From the sequence record SRR22947727_4515: 37,859 nucleotides of DNA. One strand, 5' to 3'. The translations under genes were made by a program, and so were the position numbers. Positions 29,801 through 37,820 of this stretch are shown here, in pieces (positions within the stretch are counted from its first letter, which is position 1; every line of letters begins with the position of its first letter). The notes beneath the pieces were generated by a model. The model ran no database searches. It was given only the letters and a program-made list of their open reading frames with translations, and had not been told where the DNA came from.

Positions 29801-31156
29801 CCTCTCAACACTCGTCGGCCAAATGGAAACGCGTGGCAGATTGAAAACGTTGATCTCCGGCGCGCGGCTATTTGCCGTTAGAAAAAACCGCGACTGCTCA
29901 ACCAATTCATTCGCCGGCACTTTATCAACGTCATCCTTTTCCACATCAAAGGTGTTCTCCACCCGCCAATCTGTAACCACCCCTTCTTCATCACGGTTCA
30001 TCGACATCACAAATTCATCTACCGAGGGATACAGGTAGTTCTTGTCTAAAATCAGCGGTTCAACATCAAGATAGGCACGCTCGCCTGCTTCCGAGCCACC
30101 CCACTCAATTCGGGGAACCAAATCGTAAATGGTTTCATAATGTTCCGGCAAAAGCAGATCGACATTCGGAAACAAAACCGGGCTGAGGGCAGTCTGCGCC
30201 GGGTGTCCCGGAAAACGCTGAAACTCCGTGTAAGTCGGCTGAGACCAGCCATATTTCCGATCATCAAATTGAGTTCCCGGCGCCGCCATTTCCCAGAGAC
30301 GACCGCGCGTTACGACACCGCCGCCTGCTACCCGCGGAGTATCCCAGAAAACAGGCTCCGAAGCCGTATTGATATTTACCTTTGCCGTTTCGTCGTCTGC
30401 CCAGAAAGCAATTCTTCCCACGATCGGATTGGCAGCAGAACCCGGACTGGAATACGATCTGCCGGAATCACCTGAATCATCAGCACCCGCTGGAAGAATG
30501 AAGTTTCCATTCTTATCCAACGTCCCCATCGTGCCATCACTCTTCACATAGAGCCACTTCACAGGCATCGGCAGCGATGTGGACTCGATCTTTCTTAAAT
30601 GGCTCTCCAAATCACCCGAGGGAACGTTTTCCGTTTCAAAGTCAAACCCTTCCACCCCTCGCTTTGTTTTCGCTAGGGGATCCACGATCGGAAAATGAGC
30701 AAGTTCGCCACGAATGACAGGTTCGTTCAAATCCACCCAAATGGCATCGTCTTCACGCCATTTATTCAGCTCGCCAAAGTCATCAAAGGCAAAAGCAAAC
30801 TCATCTTCAGACACCACCATTTGGTCATCTGAATAAAGCTTAAATCCCTTCGCAAAAAGTCCGGAGTCATCATACTGCCGCAACCCGCCCGGCTGACTGA
30901 TCCACAATCGATCTTTTTCTTCAGTTGCTTCACGAATCTGGCCAATCACCAAATTGACCGCCGATTCGCTCAACATCTGAGCTGAAACCCCATTGTTATA
31001 ATGGGATGCAGCCCGGTGCTCGCTCTGAGCCAACGTGAAAAATGCCAGAATCAGAATGATCGACAGTGTCAGCAAAACCAACACCGTCATCAAAGCTACG
31101 CCTCCCTCTCCGGGGAGAGAACGATGGGAGCCGGAATCTGGGCGGGAAATTTTCAA
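26867..31156 (-). CDS. vccA: Verru_Chthon cassette protein A, copy 2 (1429 aa)
   Basis: G|VALMTVL and the same motif series as copy 1 (WISQPG, AFWADDETAKVNINTA, YINKPDEGN, DLFWMPVVEPYAISEP, TTKSN). TTG start; an in-frame stop lies at 31178-31180. Confidence 0.9.
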   Translation of the reverse strand: MKISRPDSGSHRSLPGEGGVALMTVLVLLTLSIILILAFFTLAQSEHRAASHYNNGVSAQMLSESAVNLVIGQIREATEEKDRLWISQPGGLRQYDDSGLFAKGFKLYSDDQMVVSEDEFAFAFDDFGELNKWREDDAIWVDLNEPVIRGELAHFPIVDPLAKTKRGVEGFDFETENVPSGDLESHLRKIESTSLPMPVKWLYVKSDGTMGTLDKNGNFILPAGADDSGDSGRSYSSPGSAANPIVGRIAFWADDETAKVNINTASEPVFWDTPRVAGGGVVTRGRLWEMAAPGTQFDDRKYGWSQPTYTEFQRFPGHPAQTALSPVLFPNVDLLLPEHYETIYDLVPRIEWGGSEAGERAYLDVEPLILDKNYLYPSVDEFVMSMNRDEEGVVTDWRVENTFDVEKDDVDKVPANELVEQSRFFLTANSRAPEINVFNLPRVSIWPTSVERETSKGLHRTPYDELLRFCSRTGKAGEDESIYYFQRKNADSPTEDWEDIPRNQEVFKYLQNLTSRKIPGYGGRFDAKFGDDRDQILTEIFDYIRCTNLYDENLDRHEYSFNDWMNLGKQSQFTDGRRPQPKVDPGDDGKERINQPEGSYPGHGQVVPIEIEALETRGFGRFLTVSEAGIMFICNADAGGEDPNNPGEPKHPKGVLGSNAFGSGTGQNAALPRELEWRKEERCIQAALLFELFTPSQGWTPLHEDMTMQVEIVEPFKVNGEVVDFQLNDEDVWQSGGGSRIRNVGRFSSNSIAGGTSGFWSVAGNRRIPARGNLQDDRGVNGNPKDRTDQGRMAYPFISVPLIIDKENPEMNFEGGEIIIRLYSGNFHSPEKPELSDLLLAQTLTIKFADAELPQPALMKKWGGGLSKDAYGNYIYTLPRLRGRNGKLKSRGGGIFFPSYWWVFNNDGIKVGDPAQGHRNLYNWNTSKSSPEMETISFSRAGRMRRFHSPGMTILDYGNQGSDVVRTMVLRHSDYRHLSAKKEVPKEWFISHEGYDDSKDFVLHSFTGFNSAVVPGETRNAPPLVPALRGSKNPNRYQSNRKPDFPKTEEGLEYAIHGDFDNGVSVMKDGAYINKPDEGNGLQKKILIKERDAGTFRSNRYRWTVPYYGVGATQQAMIGASYFSPNRLVPSPAMFGSLSTGVKRELPWQTLLFRPQKGHPGDADPPTGDKRGNVYPPDHLLLDLFWMPVVEPYAISEPFSTAGKINLNYQILPFSHITRSTGVRAVMKSEWMLAVPNGLASQYKRGTLPQRVHVRHPINLDETLKQFEEKFDAGRAYKTASEICDVHLIPQTNRDSSIKKRGASAIGSKTPPTLDAMRNDFWAKHALTGDNSRERPYANLYSRLTTKSNTFRVHFRCQTIAQGRGSSPDKFDPSRDSPTAECRGSTLIERYLEANEESIPDYATDISESDKNLQEFYKFRVVNSRRFTP

Positions 31157-31253
31157 GGGAGAAACGTGAAACGCCCCTCAACCTCCTAAAATTGAGCGAA
31201 GAACACAAGACTAATCGCGGCCCCATTCGCCCTTCAAGACGAAGCATTCTCAA

Positions 31254-31296
31254 CGAACCAACAGGGTTGGTTCAACGATCCGATACTGTTGGATCG
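31254..31296. repeat. REP-like repeat, 43-bp palindromic dimer (one arm degenerate)
   Basis: cgaaccaacagggttggttca-a-cgatccgatactgttggatcg, 9 nt past the carboxypeptidase stop. Confidence 0.85.
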
Positions 31297-31304
31297 AAAA
31301 ACGC

Positions 31305-32606
31305 CTAGAAATCAAGCATCGCGACTTCGGTAAATTCTTCTTTCGCCTTTCCATCTGCCGCTGCCTCCTCAACTTCATCTTCGTCGTCCTCACCTTTTGG
31401 CTTTTCAATTTCCAAAGCGAGAGACCATTCGAGCAACGCCTGAGAATCTTTATAAACATAAGGGCGGCCGCTCTTCAACATGACCGTAATCCGGTCCTGC
31501 CCGTTTTCGGACGCACTGCTGATCAAACAATTTCCAGCTGCATAAGTGAAGCCGGTTTTCATACCGTTGCATGAATTCAATGTGCCCAAAACCTTGTTCG
31601 TATTGTAAAGCTTGTAGACCTTCCCGCTGCCAAGAACGAATTCGAAAGTCCGCTTCTTAACGATTTCGCGGATTTCAGGATTTTGATAAGCCTCGAACGC
31701 AGCCAAAGCCATGTCATGCGCGGTTGAATGCTGCCCCTTCGCCGGCAACCCGTGAGGATTCACAAAATTCGAGTCATTCATTCCAAGCGATTTCGCCAAC
31801 GTATTCATCTTCTCTGCAAACGCCGCCACGCTTCCGGCATTATCAATTGCCAACGTTGCAGCCAGATCATTGCCACTTCGAACAAGCAGTCCGGTCAAAA
31901 TCTGTCGGCGCGTGTAAATTTCACCCGGCTTCACCCCGACAACGGTCGGCTCAACATCATAGACTTCTTTGGGAACGACCAATTCGGTATCCAAACTCCC
32001 TGCCTGACAGACCAAAATCGCCGTTAAAAGCTTTTGCGTACTGGCTACTGGAATTTTGTAATCGGCCGATTTTTTGTAATAAAATTGCATCGTATTTCCA
32101 TCAATCACTGCCGCATGCTTTCCGTAAACACTCGGTGCTTTGGGCCCCTTCCAGGCTTGTGGTGGCGGGAGATTTTCCCGGCGGCGAACGATTTCTTCGC
32201 GGCTTTCCAACAGCATTTCCAAATCGGCCAGTGCACGTTCGCGCTCGGCAATCGCCTGCTCGCGCTCCAAAAGCTCCTGCTCTCGCGTAATCAAGGTTCC
32301 TTCCCGCTTCGAAAGCATCCGTGCCCGGCGTGACAAGTTGTCGGCCAACTTCTCCATCATCTCCTCGCGAAGCTCTTCTTTCGTTCTGGGCTTTTTCGGC
32401 TCTGGAGCCACTTCTGGCGCAGCCTCTTTATCACCCTCAGCCGGTTTCTCACCTGCCTCAGTTGACGAATCTTCCGGCTTTTTCTCTTTGGTGTTCTCCT
32501 GAGAAAAAGCGAGTTGCGGCGAAATGGACAGCAACGCAGCAACAAAGACAGCAAGCACGAACCTCGGGCAAATGACAGTTGGGCAGGTCATATTGATTAT
32601 TAACAA
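31305..32606 (-). CDS. Serine D-alanyl-D-alanine carboxypeptidase (peptidase S11) with N-terminal acidic linker and coiled coil
   Basis: ASTQK (SxxK), SGND (SxN), NPHGL and KTGFT (KTG). A signal-like segment ends at LAFS; the true start may be the downstream ATG (MTCPT). Confidence 0.88.
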   Translation of the reverse strand: MLIINMTCPTVICPRFVLAVFVAALLSISPQLAFSQENTKEKKPEDSSTEAGEKPAEGDKEAAPEVAPEPKKPRTKEELREEMMEKLADNLSRRARMLSKREGTLITREQELLEREQAIAERERALADLEMLLESREEIVRRRENLPPPQAWKGPKAPSVYGKHAAVIDGNTMQFYYKKSADYKIPVASTQKLLTAILVCQAGSLDTELVVPKEVYDVEPTVVGVKPGEIYTRRQILTGLLVRSGNDLAATLAIDNAGSVAAFAEKMNTLAKSLGMNDSNFVNPHGLPAKGQHSTAHDMALAAFEAYQNPEIREIVKKRTFEFVLGSGKVYKLYNTNKVLGTLNSCNGMKTGFTYAAGNCLISSASENGQDRITVMLKSGRPYVYKDSQALLEWSLALEIEKPKGEDDEDEVEEAAADGKAKEEFTEVAMLDF

Positions 32607-32679
32607 AAATTAAAGAGCCTTATAATTCTTATAATTATCTCTCGAAATTTAACTCTATGGATTTTACCGAACGTGCGGA

Positions 32680-32708
32680 TTGACGCAACCCCCGCTTTTC
32701 AATAGCGT
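32680..32708 (+). promoter_or_regulatory. sigma70-type promoter, near-leaderless
   Basis: TTGACG (32680-32685), 17 nt, TAGCGT (32703-32708), 9 nt, ATG 32718. Confidence 0.5.
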
Positions 32709-32717
32709 CCCGCCATC

Positions 32718-34601
32718 ATGATTCGGGTTTTTTCACTCATTACATTTCTGTTCACGGCACTCCAAATCCAGGCGGCCGAACGTCCTAATATTGTATTTAT
32801 CCTCTCTGAGGATAATTCCCATCACTACCTCGATTTGTTTTTTAAAGGCGGCGCCAGCACGCCACACATCGCGGCGTTGGCAAAAAACGGTCTCATTTTC
32901 GAAAACGCCTTCTCAAACTCCCCCGTTTGCTCAGTAGCCCGCACCACCTTGGCGACGAGCTGCTATGGCCCCCGAATTGGAACGCAATTTCATCGCCGAT
33001 TCAAAGACGCCACCATGCCTGAGGGACTGAAAATGTTCCCCGCCTACCTCCGCGACTCCGGATACTACACCACCAACAATTCGAAAAAAGATTACGCCGC
33101 CGTCGAAGGCCCCGGGGTTTGGGATGAAAGCTCAAACAACGCCACCTGGCGCAAGCGCGAAGACAAATCATCGCCGTTTTTCCATATGGAAACTTTTAAA
33201 GAAACTCATGAGAGTTCGCTTCATTTTCAGGAAAAAAGTTATCAAAACGACAAAACGAAAAATGATCCTGCCGAGATTACTCTTGCTGACTACTTTCCCG
33301 ATACCCCGCTGTTTCGCTACACGCATGCTCGTTACCACGACAACATTCAGACCATTGATGAGAAGGTCGGGAATACCGTCAAAAAGCTCGAAGAAGACGG
33401 CGTCCTCGAAGACACCTTTATCTTTTACTTCGGCGATCACGGCGGCGTTTTGCCTCGTGGAAAAGGCTATATTTATGAGAGCGGCTTGCACATTCCGCTC
33501 GTGATTCGTATCCCTGAAAACTTCACGCACCTTGTCGATACTGACCTTGGCAGTCGCCAGGATGGCTTCGTCAGCTTTGTCGACTTCGGCCCCACTGCGC
33601 TGAATCTCGCCGGCGTTCCCGTTCCAAAACAAGTCGACGGAAAACCGTTTCTTGGAAAAAACATCCGAATGGATGAAGTGAATGCGCGGGACACCGCATT
33701 TGGCTACGCCGATCGCTTTGACGAAAAATACGAATTTCTCCGCAGCCTCCATAAAGGAAAATTCCAATACATCCGCGCCTACCAGAACTGGCTTCCCGAT
33801 GGATTGCAGAACAACTACCGCTACCGCATGCTCGCTTACCGCGAATGGCGCGAGCTTTTTAAGGCCGGAAAACTCACCGGTGAGCAAGCAGCTTTTTTCC
33901 AACCCAAGCCAGTCGAAATGCTCTTCGACACCGAAGCCGACCCTCACGAGGTAAACAATCTTGCGAGTGATCCCGCGCACGCTGAGACGCTGAAAGAAAT
34001 GCGGGCGGCACTTCACGAGCACGTCACAGCAATGCCCGACCTCAGCTTCTATCCTGAAAGCGAGCTCATCGCAAATGCCATGAGCAGCCCGATCGCCTAC
34101 GGTCAAAAACACGCTTCAGATATCGAAAAGCTCGCCGACATCGCAGATCTCGCGCTCATCGACTTTGAAAAAGCAAAGCCCGGAATCCAAGCGGCGTTGC
34201 AATCGGAGAATCAGTTTGAACGCATGTGGGGAGCCATGGTTTGCAGCGCTTTTGGTGACAAAGCCGAATCTTTTTCCGAAGCCCTTGCCGGTTTGGCAAC
34301 AAATGATTCCAGCGAAATCGTCCAGGTTCGCGCCGCCGAATTTCTCGGAATCACTGGCAAAACAGACCCCCTTCCGATCCTTGCGGAGATCATCAACACC
34401 ACTGCTGACCCCGTTCTCGCCTTGGAAGCGCTCAATTCAGTTGTCCTGTTTCAGGATCATTTTGACGCCTATCAAATCGATTCATCCCTTCTCAACCCGG
34501 CGGCTCGCAACGACGGCGTCTCCCGCCGGCTCGATTATTTGAACGGTCATCCCTACAAATCAAAACCGCTGAGCGGCAAGAAACCTAAGAAGAAAAAGTG
34601 A
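32718..34601 (+). CDS. Exported formylglycine-dependent sulfatase with C-terminal HEAT-like region
   Basis: Signal peptide, RPNIVFILSED, CSVAR (CxxxR), FYFGDHG, GKGYIYESGLHIPL and DPHEVNNLA. Lys-rich tail. Confidence 0.92.
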   Translation: MIRVFSLITFLFTALQIQAAERPNIVFILSEDNSHHYLDLFFKGGASTPHIAALAKNGLIFENAFSNSPVCSVARTTLATSCYGPRIGTQFHRRFKDATMPEGLKMFPAYLRDSGYYTTNNSKKDYAAVEGPGVWDESSNNATWRKREDKSSPFFHMETFKETHESSLHFQEKSYQNDKTKNDPAEITLADYFPDTPLFRYTHARYHDNIQTIDEKVGNTVKKLEEDGVLEDTFIFYFGDHGGVLPRGKGYIYESGLHIPLVIRIPENFTHLVDTDLGSRQDGFVSFVDFGPTALNLAGVPVPKQVDGKPFLGKNIRMDEVNARDTAFGYADRFDEKYEFLRSLHKGKFQYIRAYQNWLPDGLQNNYRYRMLAYREWRELFKAGKLTGEQAAFFQPKPVEMLFDTEADPHEVNNLASDPAHAETLKEMRAALHEHVTAMPDLSFYPESELIANAMSSPIAYGQKHASDIEKLADIADLALIDFEKAKPGIQAALQSENQFERMWGAMVCSAFGDKAESFSEALAGLATNDSSEIVQVRAAEFLGITGKTDPLPILAEIINTTADPVLALEALNSVVLFQDHFDAYQIDSSLLNPAARNDGVSRRLDYLNGHPYKSKPLSGKKPKKKK

Positions 34602-34819
34602 AATCTTCAGGGTGGAAAAACAAGGGGTTTCAGATACCTCACTTCTGATAATTTTTAAAAAAGACTCGCTTTCCAGCCTCAACGTGACACTTTAAAACTT
34701 GTCGTAATCGTTCGCGGCTCATTTTTTCCAAGGATTTCGATCCTTCGCACTTGTGATGTCAGCTTAGAGAAAAGGTTTTCTCGACGAAAGCGGCGGAAAA
34801 TTGAAAAAAGGAAATTGAA

Positions 34820-35269
34820 ATGAAATTATTTGTCGGCAATTTGCCGTTCTCAGCGTCTGAACTCGAAATCCGTGAAGTGTTCGAAGAATATGGAACCATC
34901 ACTGACTTCTACCTCCCTCTTGACCGCGACACTGGTCGCCCTCGGGGATTTGCATTTGTAACTCTTGATTCAGCTGAAGGCGGTGCGTCCGCAATAGAAA
35001 AGCTTGATGGATCTGACTTCGCAGGTCGTCCACTTCGAATCAACGAAGCCGAAGAACGCCGCCCACAAGGTGGCGGAGGAGGCGGTGGTGGATATCGCGG
35101 CGGAGGCGGCGGTGGTGGTTATCGCGGCGGCGGCGGTGGCGGCGGTGGCGGCGGTGGTCGTGGCGGCGGAAATCGTGGCGGCGGCGGTGGTGGACACCGT
35201 GGTGGTCGTGGTGGCGGCGGTGGCGGAAATCGCGACGGCGGCGGCGGATACGACAACGATCGCTGGTAA
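34820..35269 (+). CDS. RRM RNA-binding protein with Gly/RGG-rich tail
   Basis: RNP2 LFVGNL, RNP1 RGFAFVTL and a poly-Gly/RGG C-terminus. SD-like aagga upstream. Confidence 0.95.
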   Translation: MKLFVGNLPFSASELEIREVFEEYGTITDFYLPLDRDTGRPRGFAFVTLDSAEGGASAIEKLDGSDFAGRPLRINEAEERRPQGGGGGGGGYRGGGGGGGYRGGGGGGGGGGGRGGGNRGGGGGGHRGGRGGGGGGNRDGGGGYDNDRW

Positions 35270-35275
35270 AAATTT

Positions 35276-35318
35276 CGATCCAACAGGATTGATTCGTCAA
35301 TCCAATACCGTTGGATCG
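35276..35318. repeat. REP-like repeat, 43-bp palindromic dimer (degenerate)
   Basis: cgatccaacaggattgattcg-t-caatccaataccgttggatcg, starting 7 nt after the RRM stop and upstream of a separate terminator. Confidence 0.8.
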
Positions 35319-35337
35319 TAAAACACCAGAATTTTTG

Positions 35338-35374
35338 AAAAAGCCTCGGACCTTTTGGTTCGGGGCTTTTTTTT
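35338..35374 (+). terminator. Rho-independent terminator
   Basis: aaaaa-gcctcggacc-tttt-ggttcggggc-tttttttt (stem includes G-U pairs). Confidence 0.8.
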
Positions 35375-35425
35375 GCTCGGAATTCCCGTCAAATCGGTTT
35401 CATTCGCCCTTCTTCCACATCAACC

Positions 35426-36313
35426 ATGAAAGTTCGCAAAGCAGTTATTCCCGCAGCCGGATTCGGAACTCGTTTCCTTCCCGCCACCAAATCGCAGCCC
35501 AAAGAAATGCTGCCGATTGTCGACACCCCAACGATTCAATATGTCGTCGAAGAATGCGTTGAATCCGGCATCACCGATATTTTGATGGTCATCGGAAAAT
35601 CCAAGCGCGCCATCGAAGAGCACTTCTACCGCAACTACGAACTCGAAGACGAGCTGCGTGTAAAAGGAAAGAAGAACCTGCTCGAAGAAATCGAAGCCAT
35701 TTCAAATCTCGCCAACATCCACTTCGTCTGGCAGAAAGAACTCAACGGACTTGGCGACGCCGTCATGTATGGCCGCAGTTTTGTTGGCAACGAGCCCTTC
35801 GCTCTGTTGCTCGGTGATACCCTACTCGGATCGAACGATCCCAACGGAAAGCCGATCACCAAACAGATGATCGATATTTGCGAAACCCACGGCGATTCCG
35901 TCGTTGCTCTCGAAGAAGTCGCCTGGGGAAAAGTCGAACGCTACGGCATCGGCGGCGGTGACCCCATGCCCGAACACGACGGACTTTTTAAACTCAATCA
36001 ACTCGTCGAAAAACCTTCACGTGACGACGCCCCGTCCAATCTCGCCATTGCCGGCCGCTACGTTTTTGTTCCCGAACTTTTCGACTATCTCGCAGATCAA
36101 ACCGCCGGGAAAAACGGCGAAATCCAGCTCACCGACGCCATGGCACGGATGATGAACGATCGGGCCATCTACGGTCTTCGGTTTGACGGCAAACGCTACG
36201 ACATGGGGAACAAACTCGATTTTTTGAAGACCAACATCGAATTTGGCCTGAAACGCGACGATGTCGGCCCCGGCCTCCGCGAATACATCAAGCGAATCGC
36301 CGCCGACCTTTAA
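35426..36313 (+). CDS. galU: UTP--glucose-1-phosphate uridylyltransferase
   Basis: KAVIPAAGFGTRFLPATKSQPKEMLPIVD, GLGDAV, VEKP and GEIQLTDA. Confidence 0.96.
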   Translation: MKVRKAVIPAAGFGTRFLPATKSQPKEMLPIVDTPTIQYVVEECVESGITDILMVIGKSKRAIEEHFYRNYELEDELRVKGKKNLLEEIEAISNLANIHFVWQKELNGLGDAVMYGRSFVGNEPFALLLGDTLLGSNDPNGKPITKQMIDICETHGDSVVALEEVAWGKVERYGIGGGDPMPEHDGLFKLNQLVEKPSRDDAPSNLAIAGRYVFVPELFDYLADQTAGKNGEIQLTDAMARMMNDRAIYGLRFDGKRYDMGNKLDFLKTNIEFGLKRDDVGPGLREYIKRIAADL

Positions 36314-36320
36314 CAAAGAC

Positions 36321-37112
36321 ATGACTCCCGAAATCGCATTTCTCGCGCAGCATTCGGCTCACGATTTCGAGACGGTCTTGTTGCGTTGGGAAAAAATTGC
36401 GGTCGCGGCGAATTTGCGAAGAACCATCCTCGCCGATGACGAAGGCGGATTCCCCGTCATCGTCTTTGAAACGCCCACAACGCCAGATGCCGAGTCAGGG
36501 CTCTATCTCTGCGCGGGCGTTCACGGCGACGAACCCGCCGGCGTGTGGGGGCTCATTGATTGGGCGGAAGAACACATTGAAGAACTTCGAGATTCCATCG
36601 GGGCTGTGATTTTTCCCTGCTTTAATCCATCCGGACTGGTAGCAAACACCCGCCACGACCACGCCGGGCGCGATTTGAACCGGCTATTCCAAGACGATTC
36701 AATCCCACTCATGAAAGCGTGGCGTCAGTTCATGGCCGATCGTAAATTCCGGCTCGCTCTCCAACTCCATGAAGATTACGACGCCCGCGGCATTTACATG
36801 TACGAACTCACTCGCGAGGGCGAAGCATTTGGAAATTCCGTTTTCCAGCGGATTGAATCCATTATTCCGCGAGACATCCGCCCGGAAATCGAGGGCAATG
36901 ATTTTGAAAATGGAATCCTTCTAGGAACCGATATCGATATCGAAGAACGTGTCGAAGAAGAACTCGGCGGCGGCTATCCTGAGGCGATTTACGTCTTCAT
37001 CAGTCACTCCCATTTTTCCCTGACGTTTGAAACGCCCAGCGAATTTTCACTCTGGGAACGGGTCCAATCTCATCGGAAATTCATTTCTCAGGCAATTTCG
37101 GCTGCAATTTGA
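36321..37112 (+). CDS. M14-family zinc carboxypeptidase / succinylglutamate desuccinylase-aspartoacylase-like protein
   Basis: AGVHGDEPAG (HxxE), NPSG...R...DLNR, LHED and TFETPS. ATG 36321 follows galU. Confidence 0.85.
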   Translation: MTPEIAFLAQHSAHDFETVLLRWEKIAVAANLRRTILADDEGGFPVIVFETPTTPDAESGLYLCAGVHGDEPAGVWGLIDWAEEHIEELRDSIGAVIFPCFNPSGLVANTRHDHAGRDLNRLFQDDSIPLMKAWRQFMADRKFRLALQLHEDYDARGIYMYELTREGEAFGNSVFQRIESIIPRDIRPEIEGNDFENGILLGTDIDIEERVEEELGGGYPEAIYVFISHSHFSLTFETPSEFSLWERVQSHRKFISQAISAAI

Positions 37113-37265
37113 GAACCTACTAATTTGAGGCAGTTACAAAGCATCACGTGATTTCATGCTAAAGCTTTTAAAATTTCATTAACTTTTGTTAAATACTTAG
37201 AGAAATTTATAAGAAACGTGGTAAAATTTAGGGTAATGATCACACGGTTTTTTAAATCTCCCACG

Positions 37266-37796
37266 ATGAGCCCGACATCGAACACTTCGAATTTGATTGT
37301 GTGTGTGCCGGGAAAACAGCCAGTCCACTACGTTTTGAAAGCAGAAACCGTGGATGTTGGTCGTAGTTCGAAAAGCCGAATCCGGATTAACGAAGAATGG
37401 GTTTCACGAACGCACTTCGAACTCAAGTCTGATGGAAACGGCCATTACACGCTTCACGATTCGAAATCGCTCAATGGAGCCCGCGTCAACGGCATCAGCG
37501 TCGCCAAGACGAAGTTGAAGCACGGCGATTTTATTCTTATCGGTGGCCGCATCCCAGCCCACTTCATGGAGCTGCCACTCGGAATCGATCCCGATCCGTT
37601 GCTTTTCGAAAACAATCGTGGCGTTGCTCCGATTCCTGAGCTTCAGGGCGAAGGCGAAGTTCTCGCAACCGACGAAACGACTCCGATTTCCGAAAGTTCC
37701 GCTCGCGACAAAGGCCCTGCCTTGCTTCGCAGCGCAAAATCAGCACTCCGCACCGTGATTATCCAGCCAATCCGTGCCGTGGCCGCGATGCTCTAA
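37266..37796 (+). CDS. FHA domain protein
   Basis: VGRS, VSRTH, SLNG and LKHGDFILIG. ATG 37266 preferred; upstream GTG 37218 and ATG 37236 are possible. Confidence 0.88.
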   Translation: MSPTSNTSNLIVCVPGKQPVHYVLKAETVDVGRSSKSRIRINEEWVSRTHFELKSDGNGHYTLHDSKSLNGARVNGISVAKTKLKHGDFILIGGRIPAHFMELPLGIDPDPLLFENNRGVAPIPELQGEGEVLATDETTPISESSARDKGPALLRSAKSALRTVIIQPIRAVAAML

Positions 37797-37820
37797 TCGA
37801 AGAACTTCAAAAAAATCCCA

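Noticed and set aside
22197-31156. vccA pair as a diversity-generating retroelement or recent gene-conversion cassette
   Set aside because: No reverse transcriptase is present. Similarity is at the protein-motif level with synonymous divergence, and I saw no near-identical template/variable repeat pair.
31181-31187. Perfect AGGAGGT Shine-Dalgarno on the minus strand upstream of vccA copy 2
   Set aside because: It is about 24 nt from the only in-frame start (TTG 31156), too far to be its RBS, and no credible ORF starts at normal spacing.
33168-34112. Long antisense or alternative-frame ORFs (33168..34112, 695..1399, 6025..6699, 7033..7632, 23583..24272, 28403..29092)
   Set aside because: They shadow well-supported genes and have no recognisable motifs.
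35068-35250. GGC/GGT-rich low-complexity tract as an independent repeat element
   Set aside because: Fully explained by the poly-Gly/RGG tail of the RRM protein.
37113-37265. AT-rich spacer with short palindromes (atcacgtgat; ttaac-tttt-gttaa) upstream of the FHA gene
   Set aside because: Probably a promoter region, but the palindromes are short enough to arise by chance and no specific site can be supported.
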